Virus record (IMG/VR): IMGVR_UViG_3300046804_004848
Span: 1-64,000 of that record
Origin: a virus
Length of the DNA stretch: 64,000 bases
Strand: one strand, 5' to 3'
Numbering within the stretch: position 1 is the stretch's first letter; each line of letters starts with the position of its first letter. The position numbers and the translations under genes are program-made. Below are positions 61,177 to 64,000 of the stretch, one piece after another. The notes below the pieces were generated by a model. That model was not told the DNA's origin. It worked only from the letters and a program-made list of their open reading frames with translations, and ran no database searches.

Positions 61177-64000
61177 GTTGTTTTTCCAAAATAGTAACCA
61201 TCCAACCTAAAGAATTTGTTGGACAGCTACTTATTTTAGTATCATTTACGTACCTTTGTACAGGCACAATATATCCAATTTCTTTAAGCAATTGGTAATC
61301 ATCACCTAATGCTACCTGTACTAACTGTTCTAACGCATTCATGCTTCTTCCAAATCAAGTAGGTTCACCTGGACATGCAACGAATGTGGATAAATCTTGT
61401 GACTAACCCAACGTGGTGCATCTGTTACAATACCAACCGCATTAGGATCAGATAATGCAATCTCTTGTAATGCGTTGATAATAGTATCACGATGATCTGC
61501 ATTTTGAATATTGAGCACATCACCAATGGTTGAAATATTACTAAAAGCAAACCGTGTACCATCTTGATGAATGAAGTCAAGACGATAAGAAATACGGTCT
61601 TTATTCTTCATTGAACGGTTATGAAGCTTTTCTTTCTTGATTACTTTATGCATTTTCCAACTCCTGCGTGGATTGTGTAAGTGCTGCATCAATAATTGTA
61701 TAACGTACTTCCATATCATGCAAGTAATTTATATAGTCTGTCTCAGTAATACCACATAATTCTGCACGTTCAGCAGGACTCATTTCATACCAAATTGCGG
61801 TATTGTTTGCGTATCCGATTGGCATATTCATTTACATCTCCTTATTGACTATAGGAGTAGTTTAGCAAATTAGGATAAACTTGTCAAGTAGTTAATTGAA
61901 ATAACCTTTCTGCAGCTTCTTTTGGAAAAGATGATCCCCAATCTGCGATATATTGTTCATCAGCAGTTTTGTTTTCACCAAAACCCAACCCAATAAAGTA
62001 TTTGATACCTTCATAGGGCACATCAACCTTGACAACACCTATACACGCATCTTTATTAGTAAACCATGTTGAATTTAAAATTTTCATCTGTTAGCTTGCT
62101 CCTGTACAGTTTCTTTTACTTTTTCCACACTATTGTCTAGTAATCTTGCTACACCACTAAAACCAACTGTGGCAATAATAATTCCGAAAATAGTACCAAA
62201 TAGGAAGTTTTTCATGATTAATTTCCTGCAGTAAGACGAACTAATTCAGTAGCAAGACTAGGTGTGTAGTGACGATAGCTACGGATTTTGCTATATTTAT
62301 TGGTATGTTTTTCTTTAAACTTAGGAGTGATTCCTACAGCTTTAAGGGCAGTAATATAAGTAGAAAAATCTAAATCTTCTTCAAGATAGGCATGATCGTT
62401 ACGAATGTAACTGTAGGTGGTAATTTTATTAAGAATTCCCAATTTACTAAGACGTGCAAGTGGAACTTTAACCCATCCGTGTCCAGGATCCGTGTAAATC
62501 GTGTCAATCAAAGTAGTCTTCATTTCTATCTCCTGTTAATCACTATAGACATAGTATAGCAAATTAGGATATGTGTGTCAAGTTATTTTTGATTGTTGTG
62601 AAAATGATGATCTAGAATACGTGCAATTTTTTCAATACCATGAATAATACCCAAACCAATCACAGTTAAAACAAGTAATAAAATCCATTCTTGTAGCCAA
62701 CTCATATTATTCTCCTATAATTTACGGTTAGTGTCATATTTTAACATAGAAATTTCCCAATCATAGTACTCATCATCAGAAAGTGTTCGTTCACGAAACT
62801 TTTTACATAATGTTACATAATAAGAATATGTAAACTCGTTACCTGTTTTTTGGCTCACAGTATCGTTGTAATCAAACAACGCTTCTTGATTTATACTATA
62901 ATTATAAACAATCACATTAATCCCAATAAATGTAAATTCTTGTATTAGCGGATTTATTCCATCTTACTTTACATCCACTTTCTTTAATGATTGGAAGGAT
63001 ATCTATAAGATTTTGTAAACCTTTGTCATCACCACTAAAGCAAAATAAACTACCATTTGTTTGTTCAGGTTTGTGACATGGAAAGGTTGAGTAATCATCT
63101 TTGGTCATACCTTCAGGCAAAATATATTCATCTTTTTCTTCGTCATATTCACAGTCCATTGAACAATCTTGCTCATGATTAAATAAGACTTTTGATAAGT
63201 CTATACTTTGTCCCTTGAACACTCCTTCCTCATGTTGATAGGGAATTTCTTGCCATGCACATGTTTGGCAACATGGTAATGCCCAACCAACATACCAACC
63301 TTCTTTTTGTAAATTTTGTTGCAAATTTCTAAATGGATGCATAATATTCACCAACTTGAGTTATAAAAAACTTTTAAACCAATAATAAGTTCAGCTTTGG
63401 CATCAGCAATAAACTGCAAATCTTGGTTACGATAATAATCATCTTTTGGGGTACCAAAGAAAAATCCTTCTATTTCAAGGGATTTTACATATCCGTTCTT
63501 AATGTCTCGTTCTAAATGGTTAAGATCATCCCATGTTAATTCAAGTTCAATCCCATTAAAACTTGAACCCCATGAACGATCAGAATTTGGGTCAGGTGTA
63601 CCACCTTTTTGTAACCAAAGTTTTTCCATCCACCCTTGTAAATTAGGGTGTTTACGCCAATAAGCTAATTCACGTGGTTTAGCAACATTTTTGTTTTCAT
63701 AGTATGCGTCATAATCACCTTGATTGGCAGACACGTATGCGTACTGATCTAATCCCATGTTTTGCTCCGAATTGTAACGTTTAAACTTCATTCTTTAATT
63801 GTTTTTTACTGCAATCATACATCATACTACGTATGACTATGTTTTTATTTAAATCACATTCTAACATAAATTTTTGCTGTGCGTACATTGAACCAAGTAC
63901 ACTACCAAAAATAAATCCGATACCTGCTACAAGTGTTTTACTCATGTTGTTTTTAATATTTCAAAAGTTTTACGTGCACCATAGTTAATATGATAATCAG
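61157..64000 (-). other. Cluster of short hypothetical early genes (e.g. 61884-62087, 62218-62523, 62917-63354, 63348-63758)
   Basis: Short ORFs with RBS; promoters TTGACA..TATCCTAATT..TAAACT (61859-61887) and TATACT (62553-62581). Confidence 0.65.

Overview
AT-rich segment of a large (jumbo-type) tailed dsDNA phage using the standard genetic code. The pstS, erpA, phoX and infA genes look proteobacterial, so a freshwater betaproteobacterial host is inferred but not shown. Layout: (1) 1-20.9 kb is a tRNA/ncRNA island with 20 recognisable tRNAs (one Leu-UAA split by a group I intron), 3 aberrant tRNA-like RNAs and several unexplained structured RNAs. These are interleaved with translation/RNA-related genes (GGQ peptidyl-tRNA hydrolase, RpoZ-like, YkuK RNase H-like, DUF2828 Ro/TROVE-like vWA protein), a putative R-M pair, homing endonucleases and early-gene cassettes with sigma70 promoters. 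(2) 23-45.7 kb holds mostly minus-strand late/structural genes plus SOD-like, ErpA, IF-1, GH19 lysin and a class III cyclase. (3) 45.8-51.1 kb is a Pho-box-preceded phoX-pstS-plcP-like-GT4 module. (4) 53-57.8 kb is a tandem array of about 16 short paralogous ORFs ending F-x-L-R/K-W/Y, followed by early genes. There are two leading candidates for undescribed systems. The first is a leader-peptide attenuator in front of the tRNA array whose 38 codons cover 19 amino acids and 30 different codons, a possible general sensor of tRNA damage. The second is a five-copy Y-RNA-like scaffold family (stem + ACAGC(A/C)A) carrying permuted-tRNA or anticodon-loop cargo, linked to the DUF2828 Ro-like gene. All calls are from reading the sequence only; no database searches or folding programs were run.
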